This document shows, in pieces, positions 40,638 to 53,134 of a stretch of DNA of 64,000 nucleotides. How positions within the stretch are numbered: the first letter of the stretch is position 1; the number at the start of each line of letters is the position of its first letter. The translations under genes and the position numbers were made by a program. The notes below the pieces were generated by a model. The model was given only the letters and a program-made list of their open reading frames with translations, searched no databases and was not told the origin of the DNA. Origin of the DNA: Phoronis australis (lineage: Eukaryota; Animalia; Phoronida); assembly GCA_002633005.1 (NCBI GenBank), contig NMRA01000045.1, forward strand, positions 609,809-673,808, given 5' to 3'.

Positions 40638-42200
40638 CTCATGTGCATGATTAAGCCAGTACCCCTACTGTAAAACAATAGTCTAGAATCTTATGATGCT
40701 CATAACTATTTCTGTTTTTACCAGGGTACAAAACACATTCTTATCCCAAAATTATCGGTAAAACTCTTAAATGGTACTTTAGATTTCAATCCTTCAGGTG
40801 TCTGCACAAACATTGACACGTGCAATAAAACCTTTGGTTTCAAGCAATATTTGTGTTTTGATATCCAAATGCAAAAAGCAAGGAATTGGATTTTGTCATT
40901 GCCATTGTTTACTTCAGAGGCACACGCTTAGCATCAAGCCTTGAACGAGCTCCCTACCTGAAATGTACATTTCGTGCACTCGTAAAAGTGTTTTGATTCA
41001 TGATCACAAAGACATGGCGCGTTTTTCTTGCAATCACAGTTTTTGTTTCATCTATCATTAAATTCTTGTCCAGAGAAGAGTAGTTTCAAAATTAGATGTC
41101 TTGTAATGGCTTCGGTTTATTGGCTGCTAATTGTTACCGACATCGTCTTGGTGATTGTAACCGTGGGTATACCTGACATTTTTATCTGAAGCATCCATGA
41201 AAGGTAAGGTGAAAGCCTTACCGTAATTTCGCTCTGTCTACCTGTATGTCATTGTCCAGAATTTCATGACTCTGAAGAGGAATTATTTTGAGGAAATAAC
41301 AGTTGAATTTTGTGGACTCACGTTAAAAGCACCCCAATAGCCATTTTCGTATTTTGCGAAGACGAAAAGTGAAATTAGCTGTTGAGGGTGGATGGGTCTT
41401 TTGTTTATAGAATTATTTTACACCACCCACAGGCCACATGCATATGACCTGGGATGAAGATCCCATGCAGTGGATACCATCAAATTGTTTGTGAAAGCAC
41501 GAAATTGCCTTTCACTTGCATTTTGACACCTTAGACATTTTTGTGTGATCATGCTCACTGCTCAACAGTATCAAATTTGTCATAAAGGGTGTGTAAAAAA
41601 CACTGGAAACATCTCTCTATATAAGATCTGTACAAGAATGCTGTCCACCAACAACCATCCAGCCACAAGGCGAGGCCGATGTGTATTTCATTATGTCCCA
41701 GCTATATCTGAAAATAGCTATTAACCACCACTGAGTGGTTGTTTAAATGGCTCATGCCAAAAATAATGTTGCACAGTGACCATGAATGAAACAGGTTAGG
41801 CCATATGGTGGTTACTTCCGGGAATTTATGTTTGTATAAAGTGGAAGTCCTTTTTGGGCTCTCACTTAAGATTGTTTTAGAATGGAACAATTTGACCCTC
41901 AGCGCCACTGTGTTGGCCACTTAAGGACCTAAGAATTTGATAAACTTGTTGAATTCAATTTTGGTGGACTCTATTTTCATTGAGTAATTTTGTGTATGAC
42001 AGTTCAGTTCGTTAGGTGACTAATAATCTGTCTTGATGTCAAACTGCATCTTGTAAATCCAGGGTGCTGGCCTGTTGTTGTTATGGTCACTGACCTGTTT
42101 GTTTTGATCATCTGGTCTATATTGGGGAATGTGTAAGGCTCTTTCATACTAACATCATGCCTCACTCCATGTTTTGGGGTCAGTTGTGGTCAGTATAAAG

Positions 42201-42642
42201 GGTTAACTTCCGTACTGGATCCAAGTTACCAGAACTAGTTCTAAGCTTCGCAGTAAACATGTGGATTTAACAGCGGAAGTGAGCATCCACTCTGTGATGC
42301 AGCATGACTGGTCTCATTGAAGTCATCACCAGGGGCCACTGCTATCCTCATCAAGGGGCAATGTCGTCGCTAATAGTGGCTAATATTTTGGTTGAATAGT
42401 CACCAGTAGAATTAGAAAGTTTTCTGTAAATCACACGTAAATGTTCTCAAATTGTCATCCAAAAAATCTATGCACATTCTTCCTCAAACGCCATCTTATG
42501 CATCAGGGCTACTGTACTTTACAATTTATGGCAACAGCGTCACGTACTGTTTACTTCGATGCCGTAATCTACTGAAGCTGGCATGAACGGTTGATTGAAC
42601 TCCTCAGATTACAATGATGCTCCATTTATACCAGAGTTAACT
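42201..42642 (+). mobile_element. Uninterrupted ~440-bp MITE-like element
   Basis: Imperfect TIRs GGTTAACTTCCGTA ... TACCAGAGTTAACT. Homologous to 4390-6490 and 44045-44430. Confidence 0.7.
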
Positions 42643-44044
42643 TGGTATGAAAGAACTTTTACATTCTGAATGCCATGGACATCATTTAAGACAAAATAAG
42701 GCATGATCACTTTAAATTTTATTGCACCTGTTGGCTATCAGAGTGCCCGAATGAAAGTTGTAATGTGCCAATGGTAGGGGCATGCTCCTAAAATTAAACC
42801 CTGTAGGTTGCCAAATAGTTGTTTGTCAGAGGTGTGCTCTCAGTAGTCAGGGTTTATTATGGTCATAATGTTTCCAAATGAATTATACATTTTTGTCATG
42901 GTGTTCTACATTCAGATCATAAGTCTTATAAGTGGTATATTACTGGCTGTGTACACAGAAAAGAACAAATATTTACAGGGGAAAAATGATGGATGAGTTT
43001 CATGGCTTTTGCACACGACAACAAAAAATTGTGTTGTCAAGTGTCCGTATTTGTTAAAGGGTTGGACTCATCTAGAAATACAAGAAATGTCGGATATTTG
43101 TTTAGTGTATTTAGTTGGCAGTAATGATGAAGCAAGTATTTGTGATTTGTTTAGTCCTTGCTTGATCATCATGTTCATAGGTTATAACAGGGTAATGCTT
43201 AAGATTCATATCACTTCAATTCATCTACTGTCGAACACTGAACATGAGGATTCAACAACATGAGGATTCAGTTGAAGTATTCACAGATGGCATATAGAAA
43301 AATCTCCCACTTAGGATAGAATAATTGTCATGATACAATAATTGGATGACAAGTGAAACTTTATTGTGTCATTTTCCATGCCACTTAAGTAGCGCCGAAA
43401 TAAAAATGAGTATATTGCCATGTGGTAAGTAAGGCTGCTTAGTTCTTGACGGTAGCTTTCTGTGTGTGACCTACTTGGCTTTAGCCAATCAAAACACCTT
43501 GCACTGTAATTGTGGATTTACATTACGTTTGAGGAACAGATACATCCATTGTTATAAATTTTACATGTCAATGAAACGAGTGAAACTGTTTTTTGAAAAG
43601 GTGTAAAAGGGCAGCACCACACATGACTTGATCACAGGTTGGGCAATTATAGAGTTGCACTACTGTAAATTTACGTTTATATTCCCATAGGCTTTATAGG
43701 TGAAATAATGTATTTTCTAGAAAAGTCCGTGTCTTTTACAGCTGTAAGTTCTTGCTCAGTTAAAGTGTGACGTGTCATTTATTTGGTTATAAGGTAATCC
43801 TGATCCTTCAAATGCCTTTCAGCCATGACCACGTAGATAAGTTAAGGCCCCTAGGCTTGGAGTTCATAAAATATTGGTTGCCTGAAACCAGTCTATGAAA
43901 ATAATGAATAAATGATACAATAAAACGAGACATAAAAAAGTTCCAAAATGTCAAACATGGGCTTATACAATCACATGGATGTAATACGTGAATGCTTTTC
44001 CTTTGGAAATTTAAATGAATGATCTTATAAGGCCCTTTCATGTT

Positions 44045-44430
44045 AACTAAATCCCGGTGTGAGCGAAGCATCGATGCAAAGTGTGAAGCTAACTGAATCG
44101 ATCCAGCTTCAGTAGTTAATGTCATCGAAGTAAACAGTAGGTGAAGGTATTGCTGATGCACCTGGTGCGCACTAAGATTTTTTTTTTTTTTAATGCGACA
44201 ATTTGAGAACATTTATGTGTGCCAATTAACATAAAACTTCTTTCTAATTTGATTGGTAATAATTAGAGCAAAATAAGCAACTATTAGCGATGACACTGTC
44301 CTTTTATTGTTGATGATAAGCAGTGGCCTCTGGCGATAACTTCAATGTGACCAGAGTTGACCATTCATACCGCACCGCAGAGTCGATGTTCCACTGTTAA
44401 ATCCACCGTTTACTGTGAAGTTAACTGGCA
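44045..44430 (-). mobile_element. Reverse-orientation copy of the same MITE-like family
   Basis: ccactgttaaatccacc, tttactgtgaagttaactgg, gaccagagttgaccattcatac and tttgagaacattta are reverse complements of blocks in the 4390 copy. Confidence 0.75.
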
Positions 44431-44970
44431 CTGCTGACTGCAACTCCCCAAAACGTTGATCTGTCAATGTCAATATGAAAATGCCATTATTTGAATAAGG
44501 ACTTACTCAGTTTATATATCTGGGACTCAGATACCACATTAAGAGGACAAAATTTTACTGATTTTGAAATCATGTTGATATGTAAAAACTTTAACTGTTA
44601 GAGTGATTTTGGAAGGAAAGGAGGTCATATTTTTTAAGAAGTTATAATTCTGCCAAACACGGTCAAACCATGTCCAGTGTACTTACTTTTACCACAGCCC
44701 CACAGGCGCAAAGTTGATCACTGTTTGCAAGGGAACTCACTGCAACGGATTCTGGACAAGCATTTTTAGATCATATTTCACTGAAACTGTTACAACATTA
44801 CATAGAGCCTCGTTGTCACAATGGGTCCTGTGAAAGCAAGTGAACTGTTGCACGAAGCAGTGTATCTATGATTCAAACCTTTGAGCCAATCATAGATCAC
44901 GTCAACACTCTGATGATGCTTCAATGAGGTGGATTCAAACAGGTACCGTAGTTGCTTCGAAGTTTACACT

Positions 44971-45450
44971 TAGCTACCAAGCTTCACTGTGTACTCTTAT
45001 GTACCATAATGATAGCTACCAAGCTTCGCTGTGTACTCTTATGTACCATAACGATAGCTACCAAGCTTCACTGTGTACTCTTATGTACCATAGTGATAGC
45101 TACCAGGCTTCGCTGTGTACTCTTATGTACCATTACCATAGCTACCAGGCTTCGCTGTGTACTCTTATGTACCATTACCATATTTACCAGGCTTCGCTGT
45201 GTACTCTTATGTACCATTACCATAGCTACCAGGCTTTGCTGTGTACTCTTATGTACCATTACGATAGCTACCAAACTTCGGTGTGTACTCTTATGTACCA
45301 TTATGACAGCCACCATGCTTCACATTGTACTCTTATGTACATAGTTTATGACAGCCAGCATGCTTCACACTGTACTATTATGTACCATTTAAGATAGCTA
45401 CCAATGCCTTTGCTGTGTACTCTTAAGTACCATTATTACAGTTACCATGC
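44971..45450. repeat. 42-bp minisatellite, about 11 copies
   Basis: Unit agctacca(a/g)gcttcgctgtgtactcttatgtaccattac(c/g)at, degenerating at the 3' end. Confidence 0.97.
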
Positions 45451-45623
45451 TTTGCAGTGTTAACTTTTAATGTTTGGTGATTACGACTAATTTGCAAATG
45501 TTAGCACAAGTGATGGTAGGAATAACCACTTACCTATAATTTCACTGCAATTGGATACTTTTTTTCAGTTTCCACTGATGGTCGATCTCCTTTTGATGTA
45601 TAAAAACATTTTTAAATGTTTTT

Positions 45624-46221
45624 ATACACCCACATATTTATACATTGGTACATATTGGGTCATCTCTGTCTGGACGTCCTGTGTCCAGCGTCCGCAGCGT
45701 ATCTCATAAGCGCCCTGTAGGATCTTATTGAAATTTGACAGGTGAGTGTTCCTATGTGACTGACGACAGATAACGGCGATCGAATTGTGCCCCCTAGTTG
45801 CATTGCTAGTTGGTGGCCATTTAAAAAATTATGTGTTTGATGCGAAGACCTCAGCTGATGTTGATTTTTGGATGCTTTTAAATATTCTCCAGGCACTCTC
45901 TAAGAGTAATTTTTTCTTTTTTGTGTCTACGGCTGTATCTCTGTAGATGGGCTCCTCTATAGACAAAAAGTTGGCAACGGATGACAATAATTTTTGACCA
46001 ATCAGACTGTAGCAGTGCCCCCTACTGTTAATTGCTTTTTACGTTTACCTCTAAATCTTACGAGTTCCTTGGCTTATTTTCATGAAACTTAGTAAATAGC
46101 TGTGTATTACAGAGACGGCACCTCCATCTTAATTCGGACGAGTTTGACGCATTCTGCGGCATCTAATGGTACACCGTTTCCGGTGCTACTGTTGGGTGCA
46201 TTTCAGTGCACCGCTTTGCTC
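45624..46221 (+). mobile_element. Older, diverged full-length HINE-like copy
   Basis: Starts atacacccacatatttata, has a decayed gtcc/gtct tract and monomers (gtgccccctagttg, gtgcccctactg), and ends tgggtgcatttcagtgcaccgctttgctc, like the 3' end of the 50499 copy. Confidence 0.65.
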
Positions 46222-47865
46222 AAATTTTGTACCACAGTTACCATCAAACAAAGTTTTTAAAAAGATTTGCATTCACAACAAATAACTGTTAGGAGCCCTT
46301 GAAAAATGATAAATGGGCATTTTAGTAAATAAGAATATATTTTTGTCTGGAATTAGTGAGATACCTGGAACTATCCAATGTTTAACGATTTGATAAGATG
46401 AGGATATAAATAGTTCTGGTAATAATGTAATCCACTTCAAGTTCACATTATGGTCAGCTATTGTTAATATGTTTCGGGATTAGTCAGTATCTTAAAGTCT
46501 TACATTTCTGTGATGATATTGGTTAGCAAGCTAAATATACTCAACTGAGGCTAAAAATACATAATTGTAGCTGCTATTAAATGATGGGCGGTGAAAAGTA
46601 CTGTGATTGCTTTTTATATGACCTTTGTATTCATGTGTCTTAACCCTTCCTCAGCTACCGCATTCCAGTCATAGATGCAGGAAGCTAGTTCATTCAATTG
46701 TCCTATTTTCACATGTTGGCGTGTGTGCCTAGTTCATTCGATTGTCATATTTTTACATGTTTGCATGTGTTGTTGAGGCAGATGGCCCAAGTGGTAGATG
46801 TCCATCTGTGCTGGCCACATAGATCGCAATCATTCATCCATTCAGCCATCCAGTCCTGTGATTGGCATTTATGTGAAATGTCTCCTTCTGTCTTCATGGG
46901 TTCCTCCTAGCACTTTTTGGATTGTAAGAGTTGAGAAGGTTTCCGTGTCAACATCCATGCCTCAATTGTTGGTTTTGGGTCTTTAGTTAAGAACTTGAAA
47001 TATGTTCATAGCTGAACAGGGTTATGGTAATCCAGCTTGAACAGTGGCTGGTAAAATAGTGAGCACTTGCAACAATTGAAATCAATAAGGAGAAAAACAG
47101 CAACTTTCTGGTTAGTTTTGGCTCAAACTAAAGAAATAGTCTATGGTCATGGCATTCAAGGCATAGCGATGTGCCTTTCCACTGCATCAACACTGTGAGT
47201 AACAAACATTATTGGAGCACATTGTTTTTGTTAGAATGTGGGTGGTAAGGACATTAACCCTTGGACATGACTTACTGTTTTATTTGACCATTAGATACCA
47301 TGTTGGGGGGTTCTGTTGATAAGTTAGCACCCTCTGATATTTTCTTATCTCTGAGAGACTAACTACATGACCTGCTAATGAAATGCATAGCACTGTGTTG
47401 AGGAGTTTTTGTGTCAAAATGTACAGTACATCTTCTCATCAGCGTTAATGGTACAGTGTTGGCTTGTGTTTGACGTAATGCTCTCCCCAAAATTTTCTGA
47501 CATTTCTCTTTTGAAATGTCTATAAATTTGTGGTTTTTGTCTATGTCTTTACTATATTTGTGGCGTTCTCAAATGAAAATGATGAATCCTATGTACCGCT
47601 CTGGTCATTGACTGAAGTTGGTCATTCGCATAAACGCGCCCGCATCCCCGACTTCTTAAAAATTTTATCAGTGCATATTCAGAAAATGGGCCAAATGGAG
47701 TTCATTGATTTCTTCAATTATGGAAATTTTGGTCGCCTCATACTCAATTTCTTCCATTTTGGAAGTTTGCAATTTAGTAATGTAAAGAACAGGAATGAAG
47801 GAGAGAGCCTGTATTTACTATGTGGTGTGCTTGTCCATGTGAATGCAGTAGTACTGTGTGTACTT

Positions 47866-47986
47866 GTGAATGTCTACTGTGTGTACTTGGCTATGTGAAT
47901 GTCTACTGAGTGTACTTGGCTATGTGAATGTCTACTGTGTGTTCTTGGCTATGTGAATGTCTACTGTGTGTACTTGGCTATGTGAA
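47866..47986. repeat. 29-bp minisatellite, 4 copies
   Basis: gtgaatgtctactgtgtgtacttggctat at 47866, 47895, 47924 and 47953. Confidence 0.95.
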
Positions 47987-48583
47987 CAATTGTGTTTGAT
48001 TGTCAGACAGTGTAGTTCATTAACGCACAATGACTGCACTTGAGTGACTAATCAGCAGTTCTGCCTGGTCAACTGGCTAAAGAAAGTTTTACGCAAGAGA
48101 TAGTTGTCACTTTATCAGTTGTCACGGCACGACTTGGTCCACTCAAGTCGCATTTACACGACATAAGCATGAGTCACTTAAATGAAGACTGTCTATGCAT
48201 GCTCCCATAAACAATACTCCAAACCACGTGGAATACCAGCTGATCACCCAAGTATACACTATTGCGCAAGCGCATTGAAAGATTATCCCTTAATCCGCCC
48301 TGCCCCCAGTTGTGTTTAGAGGTGTAGTTGAAACTGGAACAACAGTGCAACTCGCTCTACCTATCAAACCGGTGTCAAAAACTGGCCGCCGTGGTGTCAC
48401 TTGCTCCGTGTCAGCCATGTTTACCCAAACTCTTTTACTCGATCAGCTGTTCCTTGTTAGCTGCGCTATGTCAGCTGATTCTCGTGTCAATCCGGCTTAA
48501 GACATCTGATTGGTCTGTAAGCTGGAAGTTTGGCAACTGTAATTCGTAGGAGACTCTGACACTAGCAGTCATTGCCTTTTCAG

Positions 48584-48701
48584 GAAAGCGATATCGAAGA
48601 GCCCGTTTGCGGGGAGCTCCAGTCTTCTGCACCCTGACCACGCTGAGTATGGTTATTGTAAGCGGCATGAGAAAGAACTCAGAGCTGACGTGGATTGGTC
48701 G
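48584..48701 (+). CDS. DGKZ: DGK type IV exon (KAISKSPFAG...ELRADVDWS)
   Basis: Acceptor gccttttcag|G and donor TCG|gtaag. Translation matches the DGKZ/DGKI pattern KAITKS...IRSTVDWS that precedes C1A. Confidence 0.9.
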
Positions 48702-50128
48702 GTAAGAAAATAAACACATCACTAATTTGAAATTGTGGGCTCAGGGCTTTATCCAGGATTTCGAAAATAGGGTATCCAAAATGGGGTTCGCAATATTCCA
48801 GGGCGTCCATGATTCCAGATTATTGGACGCCCAGGACGTACGCTGCATGAAGAATTGTTGTGCCCCCTTGTGTCAACTATGCAATCATTAGCTTCAATTT
48901 CTGTTGAAAGTTTTGATGTCATTCCTACTCTTGGAAAACTCTTGGAAAAGTACACACAAGTCACGTAGAAACAACTTTTGACCTTTCGTGAATCTCACGA
49001 GTTCATACGTGCATCTAGTTATGTTTGACAACTGTACTTCTGAAAAGTACTATTATTTAATATACTTTTTTATGCGAAAAATACCATATAGCCTTTTCCA
49101 TCCCTCTTAACGGACCATTGTTTTGCTTTCCCACCAACATTGCAACTCCCCTTTTTGCAGAGTTCCGCTCTATGGGAAAGTGTAACTCCTAGAATTAACT
49201 CAGCCGTCACAACTTCTTTTAAAATAGGTGAATAAAATACAGAGTTGTGCACTGGTGCCATGGAAACAATACTCCATTTGGGCTTGAAGAATCCCTAATG
49301 GTCGAGACATCTGTTTCACGATACTCAACGATACATTTGTCATTACCACGTTTTTCATTACTGAGGAATAAGATAACAGAACTCTGACCAGAATAACACT
49401 GATCAGACTGGTGTTATTCATCGTAAATGGCAGGAGATATTTTATTAACCTGGAATCAATTAGTTCGATAGTATGATACAAATATGTCACCTGGTGTTCA
49501 AATCAGAGAACTAAGGGTAACTCTGATGTCGCCAGTCAGTTAGAAAGTAAAGTGGAGTTGCGGTGGAGTTGCGATAGACTGGAGTTCCTTGATTCGGTGT
49601 TTGTGGGAAAACGACATTACAGTAATGATGCCAGGTTGTTATTAAGCTGATTAGGAGACTCATGAGCCTGGCCTGATAACATCAGCTAATACCTTGTAAC
49701 AGCCAAAACACAAGAGCCCTGACTCAATCAACACAACCAGCCCTAATGAACGACTGGCTGTGAATTGCTTTCCTCGGCTTTACTGATTGCCTTATCACTG
49801 CAAACTACACCCAATCCTGAAAGCAAAGGATCTGTAATGAACTCGTGGAAATAAAAGTTGATTCAAAGAAAACTCGGTCATGGAACTTGAGTGTAAATCA
49901 CGCTTGAAAAAAATTAGTGCTTGAAATCGCTGTGTAGGTTTTAATAAACTGATCTTGTCAGCATTACAGAGTACTAAAACGATGTTCTGTCTTCCCAACC
50001 GTAATTCCTGTGATACATTTTTTTATGATTTACATCGTCTGTTGTAAAACTGTACCATCGCGTGCATGTAATGCAATGCTGGTTTGAGTGGTAATGCATT
50101 ATTAATTTAAACAAGCATTCTCTTACAG

Positions 50129-50212
50129 GAAAATGCTCTCAACGGCGACCATATTTGGTACGACTCTACGGCGTCGAGTGATTGGTGTTACGTGGGAGAG
50201 AACGAGTGCATG
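50129..50212 (+). CDS. DGKZ: DGK type IV exon, start of C1A (ENALNGDHIWYDSTASSDWCYVGENECM)
   Basis: Acceptor tcttacag| and donor |gtatgt; 84 nt, phase 0/0. Similar to DGKZ [27 protein letters not shown]. Confidence 0.95.
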
Positions 50213-50498
50213 GTATGTGCATCCTCAGTTAGTGTGGCAATCTCTTCTTTTTTAGAATCGAGCTGTAGAATCGACTACATCAGGCTAGTGCACGCAGAGT
50301 ATAGTTCGGTTGTGAACGAGAATTAATTACCAAGAATTAAGCTTGTTTAAACTATTCATATACATTAAAATACCGCTGAAAATATTTAAATTTACAAACA
50401 CCTAAATGCGTTCACCTGCGGATTTTATGACAGGCGACAGGTAAACATCAAAGGGAGTTACTAATATCTGTTCAGTAAATGTACAAGATGACTTTATT

Positions 50499-51762
50499 AT
50501 GCGCCCACATATTTATATGTGGATGCATTATACCGTAATCTCCGTCTGTGCGGCATCCGCTGCTCTATTTCCAAAACCCTTTGACATACGTTCATGAAAT
50601 TTGGCACATATGTTCCTTTCATGAATGGGACGGCATGAGCGAACTTTCGGACGTATCCGACTACCAGTGTGCTCCCTCGTGGCAATTTTAGTTTTTATGC
50701 TTTCCTTTGTATCTTCAAAAGTCCTTAACGGATTTTCATGAAATTTGGTATGTAAGGACCTATTAGTGAGGTGACGCTATCCTGTCGTTTTCGGATGGAT
50801 TCAACGTAGTTTGCTTCACCTAGCGGTCGTTTTTACCATTTTCGAGTCGTGTTTTTTCGCGTCCACCGCTCTATCAACCAAACCGCTCTAAGGATGATTG
50901 TGAAAATTGGCACGTATGTTCTTACTATGAAGTGGTCGTCTGACGATGATTTTCTGAGGACTTCGACTACTGGGGCGCCTCCTAGTGGCAGTTTTTTTTG
51001 CGCTCATGGCTGTATCTCTTAAACTGTTTGCAGGATCTTTACTTAATTTAGCAAGTGTATTTATATGATGTTGATTACGGACGACGACGACGACTTTCAC
51101 ACGATCTGACCACTGCTGTGCCCCCTAGTGGCAATTTTAGTTTTTTACGTTTAACTCTGTATCTTCAAAGGTCCTCAACAGATTTTCATAAAATTTTAAA
51201 TATAGGTGTCTATTGGTGTGATGACGCTATGTTCCTGTTTTTGGATAGAATCGAGGTATTTTGCACCACCTAGTGGCCATTTTTGCTGTTTTCAACTCTT
51301 GTTTTTGGCCTCCACCCCTGTATCAACCAAATCATTTGAAAATTGGCATATATGTTCTCAGTGTGAAGACAACGTTTGATAATGGTGACTGACTACTGTG
51401 GCGCCTCCTAGTGGTAGTTTTGTTTTGCTACCATAGTTGTATTTCCTAAACTCACTGCAGTATCTTTATTAAATTTAGTAAGTGTATTTATATGAAGATT
51501 ATAACAGACGACGACTTTCAGGTGGATCCAATGGACACTGTCACAGCACACTAGTGGCAATTTCATTTTATTCCGTTTTCCTTTGTTTCTCTTAAGTTCC
51601 GTGACAGAGTTTTATGAAATATGGCATCTTCCTGTTTTTGGATGGATTGTACGTTTTTGCACCATCTAGTAGTCATTTTTATGGTACAAATAAATAACCC
51701 TAAAAGCACACCATTTGCAATGCATTCGTGGGCGCATTTCAACGCTCTGTGTTGCTCTTACT
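50499..51762 (+). mobile_element. Full-length Helentron-associated (DINE-1/HINE-like) element with an internal ~145-bp tandem array
   Basis: 5' subterminal ATGCGCCCAC (50499) within a hairpin, a short gtcc/gtct tract, 8 monomers, 3' inverted copy GTGGGCGCAT (51728-51737), a terminal small stem-loop CAACGC-tct-GTGTTG and T-rich flanks. Confidence 0.8.
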
Positions 51763-53059
51763 TTGTAGTGTTTGATTGTACCTGTAACTAGCAAATGCTT
51801 AAACCTGAACTATTTAGGGCATAATATGGTGAACAAGTGAAAGGTTAGCTGAAGCAACTATAGCCAACATAAGTCAACATTTTGGTAAATAAGTGATTCC
51901 ATAATCACTAGAAGATGCCTTTGAATAAAGGTTGCTCTTTTTTGACATCTGAGTAAATTGAGAGCAGAAAGCAGTCCATCAGCACGGAACTTTTGTGTAG
52001 GGATCCACGTGATTTAGATTGGGACAAAGAGAATTGCCAAAATTTCTTACTTTGTTGTACATTTGAAGCAGTTTTCAAAATTTTGTGTGGCAGTGGATAT
52101 CATACAAAACTTGAACATCGTAAAGCATCGATTTTCTCCTATATATCTTATATAAAACAATGGGAAAATAAAATTTCACGTGTCGGCCCTATTGTGTCCT
52201 AAACTGATGAGATTTTAGCGTAAATGATCCCTGTAGAAAGGGAAGGTTCATGCTCACAAGATAATCGGTTGAGTTCTGGAAAATAACTGTTATAACACTC
52301 TTTTGTCATGAAAAACTAAAGCCTATTGTGATGGTGTTTCACCAGCAAATACAATCTTCGTTCAACTATTGTGAGACGGTACTACTTTTGTAGAGCTATT
52401 GTTGAATTATGGTATCCGTTCTTCATATTGGCTCCAAAACATTATTTGAATTACAATTTTCAGTATTCCAAAAGCAGAATGTTAATTTTTTAAAACTGGA
52501 AATGTCACCTGATTTTCGTTTCATGAAAATTGTACAGTATACATGATATTGCTAAATGAAGTCAAATTTTCTAAGTCAGTTTTTATATTTATTGATCAAA
52601 AAACGGTATCACAGTACAATCTTTAGCAGACTTGATCTTTGGGACATGAACATATTGAAGTGCTGCCATTCCTTCTGATTTATTGTGTGCCTACAGTGGC
52701 TGCTCTCATTTAAAATTCTGGCACCTTTCCCACGTAGAATGTTAAGCTATGTAAAAATGTCATATACCCTGAAATACTAGTGAATAACTTGCGGGAAGCA
52801 AGGATGGACTTTGTGGTTGTTCTCACTTTACATCATGCTTCTTTGAGAAATGCATAATTTAGTATGCCTACATATAAATAGCTTGCCTATTATTCATGTA
52901 GGTGTCTAGAAAGGCCATTAATAACTGCAATGCTCACACAGAGAAAAAAACAGCACCTGGAGATTCCCTGCATGTGCGATGCTGGCTGATTTAGTTTAAT
53001 GTGATGTGGAGGTGGTTGCGTTCCTTTTTAGGATTTTAATAAAAAAGATTTCTTTGCAG

Positions 53060-53134
53060 AAAAATGGTCCAAGAAAGAAGTGTTCCGCTTGCAAAATAGT
53101 GGTTCATACCGGCTGCATGGCTCAATTGGAACGG
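53060..53134 (+). CDS. DGKZ: DGK type IV exon, C1A ([25 protein letters not shown])
   Basis: Acceptor tctttgcag| and donor |gtgaga; 75 nt. Similar to [25 protein letters not shown]. Confidence 0.96.

Noticed and set aside
41100-41209. Strong donor AAG|gtaagg as another coding first exon
   Set aside because: There is an in-frame TGA (41187-41189) with no ATG after it in the phase needed to join 48584.
44924-45397. 157-aa, 130-aa and 82-aa repetitive ORFs
   Set aside because: They are translations of a 42-bp minisatellite that is open in several frames, with no splice or homology support.
48742-48840. CAGGGCTTTATCCAGGATTT as the start of a hAT-like MITE
   Set aside because: No matching inverted end or TSD found, so the boundaries cannot be supported.
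52203-52230. CTGATGAG (also CTGATGAAGG at ~20338) as a hammerhead core, and TGATGA at ~53320 as a snoRNA C box
   Set aside because: No GAAA follows the putative stem II, and no properly placed D box or terminal stem was found.
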